Shown in pieces: positions 9,045-19,617 of a DNA stretch of 64,000 nt. Numbering within the stretch: position 1 is the first letter of the stretch; each line of letters begins with the position of its first letter. The notes beneath the pieces were generated by a model. That model was not told the DNA's origin. It worked only from the letters and a program-made list of their open reading frames with translations, and ran no database searches. Position numbers and translations under genes: made by a program. This DNA comes from Savitreella phatthalungensis (Eukaryota), in NCBI GenBank assembly GCA_051599415.1, contig AP039694.1:310001-374000 (forward strand). The letters are read 5' to 3'.

Positions 9045-10838
9045 TTAGGGCGTCTTGACTTTTGTTGAGCTCAAGGTGGGAACTTCAGAGTCGGAAGCAA
9101 GTCTTTCCATCGTCGCTTCGTCAACCATCAAGTGCGGAGGTAGTGCAGTAGGTCGGTATTTGGCGAGCGGGTTGGTCGATTTCTCTCCAGACTCCGCAGC
9201 TGAGTCTGTCTTCTTCACATCACCACCGCCGGCACCAGTGGGCTGGGAAGACGAGGTCGCGGTACGCCTCACGGTAGGGGCACCCTCGTCGTGCGTGTGC
9301 TCAGCTTTGGTCGTGGTTGTGGTGGCGGTCTGGCTGTTTTGTCGGATGTTTTGTTTAGCGGCTGCATCGTTGGGTGATGCCACACCTGGAACCATCGGTT
9401 TGTCGCGCAGTTCAGCCTCTGTGGTGGAGGCTGTGGTGGAGCGCGTTGATGTGCCATCTGAGTCATTGAGAAGGGCGTCCGGAACGATAGCTTCAGGCAA
9501 GGCTTCGGCCACGGCTTGAACTGCGTCACCCATGGCGTCGCCCACCGCCTCGGCTGCTTGCATGCCGTGTGTACGCCAGCGCCATTCGTAGAAGCCAAAG
9601 TAGGGACGGTTGAGAGGTGAATCACCGGTAAAGACTAAGATATCGTAGACGAGTCCTCCAACGATGGCTCCAAGCAATGGCGTCCAGAGAATCGTCAGAC
9701 TGTAGAAGCCATATTCACTCCAAATCGTGCCTGGGTAGCCGACCATAGACATCAAGATGCGCGGTCCGGTGTCACGAGCAGCGTTGAGAGCGTAACCAGT
9801 GTTGAAACCCAGTGCCATACCAATTGCCATGACTGTTAGTGCGATGAGGAATGGCGCAGTCTGACCAAATCCGTTTGCTTCGTCACCGGCTGCGAAGATA
9901 GCGATGATGAGAAGAGCAGTGCTGTTGACCTCGCTCAGGATCTGAGTCGATTTGCCTAGATACGGCTGAGCGAAGGTCGAGAAATAACCTGCCGTGCGAA
10001 GCGTAAGAGCATCGCCATCTTCAACCTGACGGATGGCAGGATGGTAGAGTCCAAATACAATCGCAGAGCCTACGATGCCGCCCAGCATTTGTGCTAAAAT
10101 ATAGATAGGTAGCTTTTTCCAAGGGAAACGACGGAAGAGGGCATTTGCCAGGGTAACAGATGGATTCAAGTGAGCACCCGAGGTATTACCAGCGACGACA
10201 ATAGCGACCAGCACGCCGAGTGCCCAGGAGATACCGATCGACGTGTAGTTACCGAGACTCGCTGCAGGGTTCAAGATCTCGCTAATTCGAACCTGACAAA
10301 CGGATCCGTCACCAAAGATCACGAGAATGGCCGTGCCGAGGAATTCAGCAAGTGGTTCACGCAGATATCGCCTAGCCCGGGCGAGGTACGTCAGATCTCT
10401 GGTCTTGTCGATCTTGTGCGCTTCACGAGACGGACCCTCACGCTGGAGCTGAAGGAACTTTGGCACATAGCTATCCTGGAGAAGCTCACGGCGTGACGCC
10501 GTCACCATCTCCGGGTTGACAGTTCGGTGAGGCTTCGTAGAGTGGACTGAGAAATGCTCGAACCCATGCTCGCGATGAAGATCCGGCTGAGAAAGAGTCG
10601 CCTGGGGCTTTCGTTTGTAAGCTGCCTCTAGGTCCGACATACTGAAAGGAGACGAGATGCTCTTCCGCAGTGCGTGACGATGATATCCACTGAAGACTTT
10701 GGTGCGAAGGTGTTGGTTAAAGTTAGGTTCTGTGCGTTGGAGTACTGGACCCAACAGAGAATCAAGGTTTTACTCACTTGAGCTTTCCTTGTCTGAGGCC
10801 GTCGTGTCGGTCGCGTCCGGGTGACTCTGGGTTGGCAT
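9045..10838 (-). CDS. Aquaglyceroporin (MIP family, Fps1/GlpF-like); probable exons 10838-10778 and 10696-9045
   Basis: LAEFLGTAILVIFGDG, SGAHLNPSVT and GYALNAARDTGPR. An 81-nt intron at 10697-10777 (GTGAGT...CTAAC...AAG) joins MPTQSHPDATDTTASDKESS in frame; an alternative start is ATG 10640. Confidence 0.92.
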
Positions 10839-11454
10839 GCAAGCGAGCCTATGAGTGGAGCTTTTGACATGTTCCTTTTTCACCTTTGACAGATCTTGGT
10901 GACGTAGTGAATCAGTTTGTGCCCGTTGAATTTCCCGTTTTCCTTTTTCAACTTTTTTTATATCCTGGTGCGGAGCTGAGGTATTCGACCGTCCTCATCT
11001 ATAACGCTGATCGAGTAGCTCTACAGCTCCGTCAAGCCTTCGAGACTAGAGGGACCGAGCAGAACCCGAGCGAAGTGACAGAAACTCTGATGCCGGACAG
11101 TGTGAATATCTTGATGCTGTCGCAGCGAGGCTCTGACATGAATTGAACCGTCTGTAGCTCAAATGACAGGGCTCCAATTCTGTCTGATGTCGAATAAGCT
11201 TTGACTGAAAGGTCGCAACTGAAAGAAAAAGCAGCTAAGGTTAGGCTCAGATCAAGCTCGTGGGCGCCCCAACGACGAAGACGTCAGCCACGTCTGACTA
11301 TTCGTCGGCTGCTGTCTTACTTGCTCAGGGAATGATCGCCGACATGCATACATGGAAATGCGCGCGACAATGCAATGTTGGCGAGCATGTGAGGATGTGA
11401 GCTGCTGAGCAGGAGATTTACCTTGACTAGCCATCTCCCTGAATGCCTTGATCT

Positions 11455-12066
11455 TCATCGGAGCTCATCCCGCACAGTACGCAGATCGATGTAGCTACTC
11501 AGGTCATTTTGAAGTCTTAAGAGATCCTGCGTTGCTCTCTGCACTTCTGCCGGATTATTCCCCTGAGCGACGTCAATGTCTGCCTGGACAATCCACGTGT
11601 CTGCGCGACCGACAGTCACGAACTCTGCTGCAGCGCTTGGCGGATGTGCGTACACTTGGTAAACTGCGATTTTCAGATTACGTCGTGTTAGATGGTGGCC
11701 GCGTTCTTGATGTTCGTAGCCTTTGGTGTAGCCTAGTTCCTTTGCGAGGGCGAGAATATCACCTTCTCTGATAGGACAATGATGTACACCGCGTGACACG
11801 ACGTCCTTGACACCGAACTCTGGCATATCGATCGTTTCTAAAACCCATGACGGCTTCTCTGGCAGGTTGTGACTCGATGCATCACAAGAGCATGATATCC
11901 GCCACCAATTTGCAGCCCGTCGCTCGTTCTTCGCGTCTCTCCATGACTCGATATGCTGCGTGAATGGCTGAGGTTGGACGTCCAGCAAGCTAGAGCAAAC
12001 AGCGATTGTCTGGTCGTGAGTGCGATCTGGGACGCTGGCAAAAAGAGACAGGCGTCTGCGGCTCAT
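11455..12066 (-). CDS. MED18: Mediator subunit Med18 (Srb5)
   Basis: RRLSLFASV.., W.LETIDMPE.G..VVSR, LGYTKGYEH..RGH and C-terminal WIVQA..V......EVQRA..DLLRLQNDLSSYIDL pattern. Confidence 0.82.
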   Translation of the reverse strand: MSRRRLSLFASVPDRTHDQTIAVCSSLLDVQPQPFTQHIESWRDAKNERRAANWWRISCSCDASSHNLPEKPSWVLETIDMPEFGVKDVVSRGVHHCPIREGDILALAKELGYTKGYEHQERGHHLTRRNLKIAVYQVYAHPPSAAAEFVTVGRADTWIVQADIDVAQGNNPAEVQRATQDLLRLQNDLSSYIDLRTVRDELR

Positions 12067-13237
12067 GCTCAAAGTTGGATGACGCGTCAGTCAAGGCTGA
12101 TCCGATGCTCTCGAGCGTTGACCGACTCAAAGCCGCCGTCTGTTGAAACTGAAGCGTAACTTAATTCCTCACGCGTAAAGGAGAGTCAATTTACGAAACT
12201 GGTAGAATGTAGTAGAGACTCGAGACGTACCGGATCAAATTCGACCTGTTCGTTTGATCGACACGCAGTATGAAAATTCACCAAATGGTTGAAAGTCGTG
12301 ATTATGCACGTTGCATGGCATCTGTTAATCGAGGTGGGGTTGTGATTCATGTGCGGACGAGCCACCAAGGTGAGTGAAACATTGGAAGTATCTCGGATCG
12401 AGACAGAAAGAGATAAAGTCCTTCGCTCACAGGGCCATGAGCTATATCGATATCGAATCTCCAGGAGCAAGTGTCCGATCACACGACATTTAATGATCAT
12501 ATTCTCATCACGATAAGTTGAATGGCGACTTCCTTAGCAGGCTGCGGCAGACTTCAATAGCGATAGACTGTGATGAACGAATGAGCGTGCAAGCAAAACC
12601 TTTCAACACAGGTGTGTAATGCCAATCGTATATGCACTCTCGAAATCGACATGTGATAGCTCGATGGACGCTATTTTGCCGGTCGTTCAAAGACGCTACT
12701 TCACCGGCTAAAGTCGACTAAAGATTCTCCATTTGAAGTTGCGCGTGTTTCAGGTTAGATTACAATAATAATTAGAAGACTTTCAGAGGGAACAACTAAC
12801 CAGGATCGAATCAGGACGGTTTTTCCTTCGCTCTGCACGCCGGGTAATTGCAGTACGTATGGATGGTATAGTAGATGATTGACTGGATGTTTGATCAATG
12901 GATCAGATAGGATCGATCAAATTTCGCAGCAGCTGCACAGAAACAAATAATCTCTCAATTACTTCTTCTCTTCATCCACGGGGTAAATTATATTGCTTCA
13001 AGTTTACTGTGGAGCAATTTATCCAGTCACTCACCATGCACCATGGGTTAGTTTCACCAACCAGACGGGACATCCCCACCATCCCACGCACTGAGTCTGC
13101 TCATGGTCCGGAGAGCTGAACAGCCATATAGCCGCTAGTTGTCCCTCGTCATTGTCCAAATATATAGAGATAACGTTCGCGTCTTACTCCCCGATCACAG
13201 CTACAAATCTACTACTGCGCAACGGTCTATCAGGAAC

Positions 13238-14362
13238 ATGGTCAACCATAACGCCGTCGTGCTTGAGCGTCAGGGAGATCTGAGAATCAGAGAGAATGAC
13301 AGGCAACATACAGACAAGCTGCCATCCAGATTTGTCCGAGTGGCGGTGATGTCGACTGGCATCTGCGGCTCTGATGTGCACTATCTCAAGCACGGCGCAA
13401 TCGGTGAATTTGTCGTCAGAGCTCCGATGATCCTCGGTCACGAGAGCAGCGGCAGGATCGTCGAGTGCGCTGACGATTGCAGGCAGCGAAAAGTCGGCCA
13501 GCGTGTTGCTATCGAGCCTGGAATTCCCTGCAGATCATGCAACTACTGCCGCGAGGGTGTCTACAATCTGTGCGTGGAGATGCGGTTCGCGGCAACGCCT
13601 CCAATCGATGGCACACTCCAGCGCCACTATCTGGTTCCGGAAGACTTTGTCAAGCCGATCCCAGACTCGATGTCTTTTGACGAGGCTGCTCTGATGGAGC
13701 CACTCAGTGTCGCTGTTCATGTCGTCAAGCGGCTCAATATCACATTCTCCAGCACCTGCATCATCTTCGGCTGCGGTGCAATCGGTCTCTTGTGTGCGGC
13801 AGTGGCAAGGGCCAAGGGTGTGTCACGCATTCTGATGGTCGACGCGAACGAATCACGCATGAAGTTTGCGCGTGGCTATGTTAAGGATGTCGAAACGTAT
13901 CTTCCCGTCAAGCCCACAGAGGGAGAGTCCAAGATGGAGTACTCAAAACGCAATGCAGCAAGCCTCTTGTCACAGTTCGAGTGGCTGTCGTCGCAGGGAG
14001 GCGCACATTCGGTCGTCGATGCAACAGGCGCAGAAGTGTGCACGCAAACGGCAGTGTTGTGCACGCGGAAGAACGGAGTCTTCATCCAGGCCGGCATGGG
14101 TCCTAACGAAATTGTGTTGCCAATCGCAACGATCTGTGCAAAAGAGCTCACGGTGCTAGGCTGCTTCAGGTACAATGAAGGGTGCTACGAGCAGGCGATT
14201 GCACTCGTCGAGTCTGGTCTTGTGTCTGTGAAGCCACTGATCTCTCACGTCTTTGCATTCGAGGATGCAGTCCAAGCATTCGAGACTGTCGCTGCAGCCA
14301 AGGAAGGCACTGTCAAATGCATCATTCGTGGTCTCGAAGCTCAAAATGAGCAGCAAGCATAA
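13238..14362 (+). CDS. Zn-dependent sorbitol/xylitol dehydrogenase (MDR superfamily)
   Basis: TGICGSDVHY, PMILGHESSG, structural-Zn C-x2-C-x2-C-x7-C, FAATPPIDGTL, AALMEPLSV, FGCGAIG and GCFRY. Confidence 0.93.
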   Translation: MVNHNAVVLERQGDLRIRENDRQHTDKLPSRFVRVAVMSTGICGSDVHYLKHGAIGEFVVRAPMILGHESSGRIVECADDCRQRKVGQRVAIEPGIPCRSCNYCREGVYNLCVEMRFAATPPIDGTLQRHYLVPEDFVKPIPDSMSFDEAALMEPLSVAVHVVKRLNITFSSTCIIFGCGAIGLLCAAVARAKGVSRILMVDANESRMKFARGYVKDVETYLPVKPTEGESKMEYSKRNAASLLSQFEWLSSQGGAHSVVDATGAEVCTQTAVLCTRKNGVFIQAGMGPNEIVLPIATICAKELTVLGCFRYNEGCYEQAIALVESGLVSVKPLISHVFAFEDAVQAFETVAAAKEGTVKCIIRGLEAQNEQQA

Positions 14363-15181
14363 CAACATCTTTGCATAAATCCTGCGATCGGTCCATCCTC
14401 AACTAAGTGCAGCAAGGCACGAATAGTCTCCAATGGTTACAGCCTCCAGACCTCATCTGTTGGGCGATGAGCACATCGACCTGATTGAATCCGCGTCATA
14501 TGTTCACATTTATTCACATCCATTTGTCTATACTACGTTCTAGACCCTTTCTCTCCTTTTGCTATGTCATAACGGTGATGTTTCCTAAGCTTGGAAGACT
14601 CCAGCTCCGTGAAGCTGAACTCCGAAGGCCGGACTTGTTGAAATGAAATCCTCGCTGGTATCAGTCAGCCAGCCCTGTAGTTCTGCTTGATTTTCATTCA
14701 CTCAAAGGGAAGGGGGAATTTATACTCGCATATTTTGATCTTTCACCTTTTTTGGAATGCTTGAGAGTGTGGAGATACAATTTCATCAAATACAAAGAGC
14801 TCCACCGAGCATGCACCAATCAGCACGTCTCCCGGTAGTTTTCACATGCGGTCTCTTGCACGGAACAGCGAGCCAGCCCTGGTTCTAGCTTTGTGTACGT
14901 TCGTTCGTGGACCATCTGTCAGAACCAGTTCTCAAGAGCAAGCGAGCGAGCCATCCTAGCGATCAAGCGGCCGGGCGCCAGGAGTAGAGTAGAGTACATA
15001 CAAGTCTACCAACAAAAAGCGTGTTCGATCTCGAGTCAAACGAGACACGCCATTGACCTGTTCGCGAGAAGCTCTGGAGATTGAGGAGAGAGGCTGATCT
15101 GTGAGATCGCTGAATGGATGGAACACCTTGAGGGGCAGCGTTCAAACTGGAAATAGACACGTCCTCTGACAAAATTGTGAG

Positions 15182-16153
15182 ATGCCGACAACGACGTCAG
15201 GCGCGTTGGGCGACGGCAACAGCTCTGGCGCTGTCATGGGCTCTGCGGTCGAGCCACCACAGCAGCAAGAGTACATCGCGTCGGAACTCGAGCTGCTAGG
15301 ACGATTCGACGAAGTTGCCGTCCAGATCAGATCGCTCCACCGGGAATACTACAGAGAGCATGACAAATCGAAGCGGTTGCCAGAAGAGCAGCGTCGGACA
15401 ATCCAGGAGTGCTACTTCGACCTGATGCTCAACCTGCACAACATCTGCCACCTGATCGAGGGGAAGGAAGGCGTTGAGCGGAACGAGGAAGTGGCGACAA
15501 TGTCAGCGCCCACACCCGCCCAAATCCAGACACAGATCCGCGAAGGCTCATCCCCGCGACAGTCGATCGCAGGGCTCGCGGTCATGAATTCGAGAAATAA
15601 CTCGGAATACCGCAGGCCGTCACTTCTCTCGTCAAGCCCAGTCAGCCCAGACCCGGTCGCTCGTGGACCAAATGCCATCGCAGTCAATGCACGTCGAGCT
15701 TCGCTCCCGAAAACGTCCATCTCAGGACCTCTGTCACCAGGATCAGGCTCGTCTGTGCTTGCCGAGTGGCTGTCGTCGACGGGACGGCAGTCTGGGTCGA
15801 CTGAGTCGTCTGGTGCACGTCCTTCGACGACCGGTTCGTCTGTATCGACGTGGGAAAGCAGTGCTGGCGGGACCACGGACCGGTGGACATCGCATACAGA
15901 GTACTCGACAAGCTCACCCACAGGCAGTCTGTCTGGCCAAGGCGGTATTGTCCAATCGCCCTCATCCCCGCAGGGTCCAGTGTCGCCCGTCCAGCAGCAA
16001 CAATCACAACCACCACCGTCACAGATCGTTCCGCTCTCCCTACCACAGAACCTCCTGATCCGCAACCAGTTGCTTAGGAAGGTGTCCTCCAGAGACGTCC
16101 TCCCTGCGACCCCTGAAGAAGATGAAGATCACAACGGATACTCGTACTACTGA
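15182..16153 (+). CDS. Hypothetical protein: N-terminal helical region plus Ser/Pro/Gln-rich disordered tail
   Basis: 323-codon ATG-initiated ORF filling the slot; many SP sites; no family recognised. Confidence 0.65.
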   Translation: MPTTTSGALGDGNSSGAVMGSAVEPPQQQEYIASELELLGRFDEVAVQIRSLHREYYREHDKSKRLPEEQRRTIQECYFDLMLNLHNICHLIEGKEGVERNEEVATMSAPTPAQIQTQIREGSSPRQSIAGLAVMNSRNNSEYRRPSLLSSSPVSPDPVARGPNAIAVNARRASLPKTSISGPLSPGSGSSVLAEWLSSTGRQSGSTESSGARPSTTGSSVSTWESSAGGTTDRWTSHTEYSTSSPTGSLSGQGGIVQSPSSPQGPVSPVQQQQSQPPPSQIVPLSLPQNLLIRNQLLRKVSSRDVLPATPEEDEDHNGYSYY

Positions 16154-16294
16154 TCCATCACATCCCGGAACTAACGACAGCGCGCCGTGCAACGTATGTC
16201 TCAATGTATATCGATCTTGCCATTGTCATTATCATTACTCATCTACACATACATACATACGTGGGAATTGTTTCCGTTCGTGTCGCGTTGTGGT

Positions 16295-17086
16295 TCACTC
16301 GAATCGACGCCGTTTAGCATTCTCCTCGATTTCACGGCGCATCTGTCGTTTGCGCTGGCGATCTCGATCGAGCTGGACGAATCCACTACCGTCATCCTCA
16401 TCGTCGTCTTCGTCGCCCTCGTTCGCGCGAGATCCGCCGGCGGTGGTCGGCGTCGATCGATATCCACCGCCGTGACCGGAGGCTGCGCGCGGGGTCGTGC
16501 CTGTGGGTGGGCGTGAGGTTGTAGAGCGTGCGGTGGGTGTGCCGCCGACGGTATGGTGGGCTGCGGTTGTGTTCTCGTGCCCGTCTCTGCTAGAGGTCGA
16601 CGGTGTGGGTGCGTTCCGTGCGGTCACAGACGCGCTTGGAGAGATGCCCTGGGCGGTGGCAGAGGCGGTGCCGCGTGATTTACGAAGGCGATTCAAGCTC
16701 GCAGCTGTCGTCGCAGAGCTACCGCCCTCGCGCTTGTAGTTCGCGAGCGCACCAGGCCGCAAAGCAAATGACGTCAAGTCGTCTGACGACAGCCTATAGC
16801 CACCGACGTCGTCCAGGGGCTTGTGAGCACCGCCAGCGAGAAGGAGGTCGAGGAGAAAGGTATTGCGCGGAATCGCAGTGGGCTGTGGTACGCCAAGCTG
16901 CTCCATCAGTCGCTTGTACGTCTTTGAGATCTTGTTGATCTTGTTGCCAGCTGCATCGACACGAGCGACACTGGCAGCCAAGTATGATAGCTCGAATTGT
17001 TCTTGAAGGTTGTTTAGGCCCGTGATGAGACCTGGTCGAATTGGGTTGTCATCGATACAGTAGATCTTTGGTGACGCTGCAGGCAT
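16295..17086 (-). CDS. MED19: Mediator subunit Med19 (Rox3)
   Basis: NLQEQFELSYLAASVARVDAAGNKINKISKTYK and FALRPGAL, with a basic C-terminus (KRRR), as in Rox3-family proteins. Confidence 0.8.
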   Translation of the reverse strand: MPAASPKIYCIDDNPIRPGLITGLNNLQEQFELSYLAASVARVDAAGNKINKISKTYKRLMEQLGVPQPTAIPRNTFLLDLLLAGGAHKPLDDVGGYRLSSDDLTSFALRPGALANYKREGGSSATTAASLNRLRKSRGTASATAQGISPSASVTARNAPTPSTSSRDGHENTTAAHHTVGGTPTARSTTSRPPTGTTPRAASGHGGGYRSTPTTAGGSRANEGDEDDDEDDGSGFVQLDRDRQRKRQMRREIEENAKRRRFE

Positions 17087-17262
17087 ACTGAAGAGGTTGC
17101 CAACCGTAGCCAAAGCAGAAGCTGATGAGAGAAATGACCCCAGGTGACAGATTCAGTGGTTAAAAGAGGATGTAGGGATCAGTGAGATCCAGTGAAGGTA
17201 GCCCACAGTAGATGAGGATGCGTGTTCACGTGTTATGCATATGATCTAATCGGCGACCCGTG

Positions 17263-17296
17263 TCCTCTCTCTCTCTCGCTCTCGCTCTCGCTCTCT
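17263..17296. repeat. (CT)n/(CTCTCG)n microsatellite
   Basis: tcctctctctctctcgctctcgctctcgctctct. Confidence 0.85.
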
Positions 17297-17905
17297 TTGG
17301 TACACGTGCTTCCTCCCTTGAAGAAAATCCCCGCGCGCGTACGTGTGTGGATTTCGTGCGTGCATCCCAACTCCTTGCATGTCCACTTGCAAAAGTCCAA
17401 TCTAAGCTTAGGATAAGAATATGAATCAACATAGAATGGAAGCTGTACTGTCTCCAAACAAACTTCCCCCCTTTGCTGGATCAGCAATGTCAATCGACAC
17501 CATCGATCCCTCGAGCATGACTAAATCAGATCAAGGCTGTATGACGGGTCGAGTTAAAAATAACTAAATTTGACTCCTCGATTCAAATTTGACCTTTGAG
17601 CAGAGTCAATACAATTCTGAATTAGATAATTCAGATCAATCTGGAGCTATCAACTAATCAGATCACTCTCCAACTAAAACCCGGAATTGCACTTCATTAC
17701 CACTCCACACACAGATACATCCATCTACACAATAGATCACAACAAAGGAGGCAACAACCCTTAAGCAACTATCATCACTTGTCACTTCAACTCATAACTT
17801 ATCACCTCAGTAGAACCACAGTCATCCTCATCCAGCTCACAGCTCACAGCGCGCGCATCGTCCTCTAGGTCTCCAGTCATTCGGAAATAGTATCCTCAAA
17901 ACGTT

Positions 17906-17995
17906 CACGCACACAGTCACACACACACGCACACGCACACGCCTACGCACACGCACACGCCTACGCACACGCACACACACTCTCTCGCTCTCTCT
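17906..17995. repeat. CA-rich compound microsatellite with an 18-bp unit (GCACACGCACACGCCTAC)
   Basis: cacacacacgcacacgcacacgcctacgcacacgcacacgcctacgcacacgcacacacac followed by a CT tract, upstream of ATG 18116. Confidence 0.85.
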
Positions 17996-18115
17996 TTTCT
18001 TCTCATTCGACAACATCACACTCTCTCAATCACCCTACCCGTCGTCCTAACCTTCCCTCTCCAGCCCTTTCATCCTCTCGTCTGCCACGCTTGAGTCAAA
18101 CTTCACCCCACCGCC

Positions 18116-19366
18116 ATGTCCTCTACCGCAGCCTCAGCCCTCTCCACATTAGAGCAAGTTAAAGCCGCATATGCATCACCACAAGCATGCATCAAGTCAA
18201 ATTGGTGCCGCATTCCCATGGCCCTTGTCATCGCCATCGGACTACTCATTCTCTTCACCTGTTTCTGCTGCTGGGCACAGTGCATCGCCTGCTGCTGCGG
18301 CTGCTGTGGATCATCCCAGAGGCGGAAAAAGAATGAACTCCATAACGACATTGAGCGATCCACCGCCATCGGACTAGGTCTCGGCGCCAATCCCTACCAC
18401 AGTGGAGGACTCCCTCCGATGCCAGAGTTCCGGATGGACACCATCAAGCCGAAGCCACAGTACGCCATGGTCGGTGACGATGGTACAGTCATGAGCGAGT
18501 CAGATGCCAATAAGAAGAAGGAAGAGGCGGAAAGGCTGGTACGCGAACAGGAGAAGGAGGAGGAAGCGCGCAAGGAGGCTCTCGTGACGACCACGGCCAT
18601 AGGCGAAGCCATCACCACAGACACCTCACCTACAAGGCCTTCGCGCTTTGGTCCCTATGGTCGCGTCCAGCAGTACTCTCCAGAGCGTGATCACTTTGAC
18701 GGGTCCTTCGACTCTCCCCAGCCCCCTCCGATGTACAACGGCAGGCAGCCTAGGGACTACCACCAGGTCTCACGATACTCCCCAGAGCGTCAATACGGCA
18801 ATCCACCGATGGACGGCAACAACTTCCAGCAGCCCCCGCCGCAGCAATCACAATCGCAAGCCATGCGAAGACCATACGGCCAGCAGCCTCGTGGCCCGAC
18901 GGAGGTGCAAGCGTTGCCAAGAAACAATGGCTACATGCAGAGTCATGAGATGCGATCGGACTCTTCCCTGAGACCGCCACCATCGGTCAATTCACGCTTT
19001 GCACAGCGCATTCCCTCAGGACCTCGTCCACTGCCCAACAACATGAACAGCAACGGCAACAACAATGCTAATCCGAACTCTCGCGCGCCCGTGTCCTTCG
19101 ACGATGACGACGATGAGCAACGCCGTTACAGCCGCATGCAAGCTGGCGGACGCTCGAACCGCGTCGTCTCCACAATGAGCGTCTTATCTGCACACGAAAC
19201 TTCTTCAGGCGCAGGACTCGGCAGCAACTTCGCATGGCCAGAGGCAGATGACTCAAGCAGTCGTCACACGACCACCACGACAACGACCCTGCCTCCTTAT
19301 CCACGAGCGTCATCTCCTGTTCGACCACAGGCACGTCAGGAGCATTTCGACGCTGGACAGTTTTAA
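18116..19366 (+). CDS. Pin2-like single-pass membrane protein with Cys-rich juxtamembrane cluster and Q/N/P-rich tail
   Basis: SPQACIKSNWCRIP, TM helix, CFCCWAQCIACCCGCC, PQYAM motif, then a low-complexity N/Q-rich C-terminus. Confidence 0.6.
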   Translation: MSSTAASALSTLEQVKAAYASPQACIKSNWCRIPMALVIAIGLLILFTCFCCWAQCIACCCGCCGSSQRRKKNELHNDIERSTAIGLGLGANPYHSGGLPPMPEFRMDTIKPKPQYAMVGDDGTVMSESDANKKKEEAERLVREQEKEEEARKEALVTTTAIGEAITTDTSPTRPSRFGPYGRVQQYSPERDHFDGSFDSPQPPPMYNGRQPRDYHQVSRYSPERQYGNPPMDGNNFQQPPPQQSQSQAMRRPYGQQPRGPTEVQALPRNNGYMQSHEMRSDSSLRPPPSVNSRFAQRIPSGPRPLPNNMNSNGNNNANPNSRAPVSFDDDDDEQRRYSRMQAGGRSNRVVSTMSVLSAHETSSGAGLGSNFAWPEADDSSSRHTTTTTTTLPPYPRASSPVRPQARQEHFDAGQF

Positions 19367-19617
19367 GTGGAATTGCAATCTGTGCACAGACCTTGACCTG
19401 CTTCTGAGGCAATCTGCGTCGCATCTCTGTGCTTCATCTGCGCTTGCTTGTGTAAACAAACAGAACCTTGCCCGACCTTTTTCTGCCCCCAGTCCTGCTC
19501 AATCTCTGCGACATGCAAGATCTCGCGTGTCAAGCAGGCGCATGACTTGATGTCGATCGACTATAACTGCCCAACAGCTCGCTCAATGTATTCAGATATC
19601 CTCAAAAATAGAGAAGT

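Noticed and set aside
14360..14470. Stop-codon read-through giving cryptic peroxisomal isoforms (checked by eye for the polyol dehydrogenase, RraA-like, HIBADH and CoA-transferase genes)
   Set aside because: No TGA-CTA context, and the extensions I read do not end in a PTS1.
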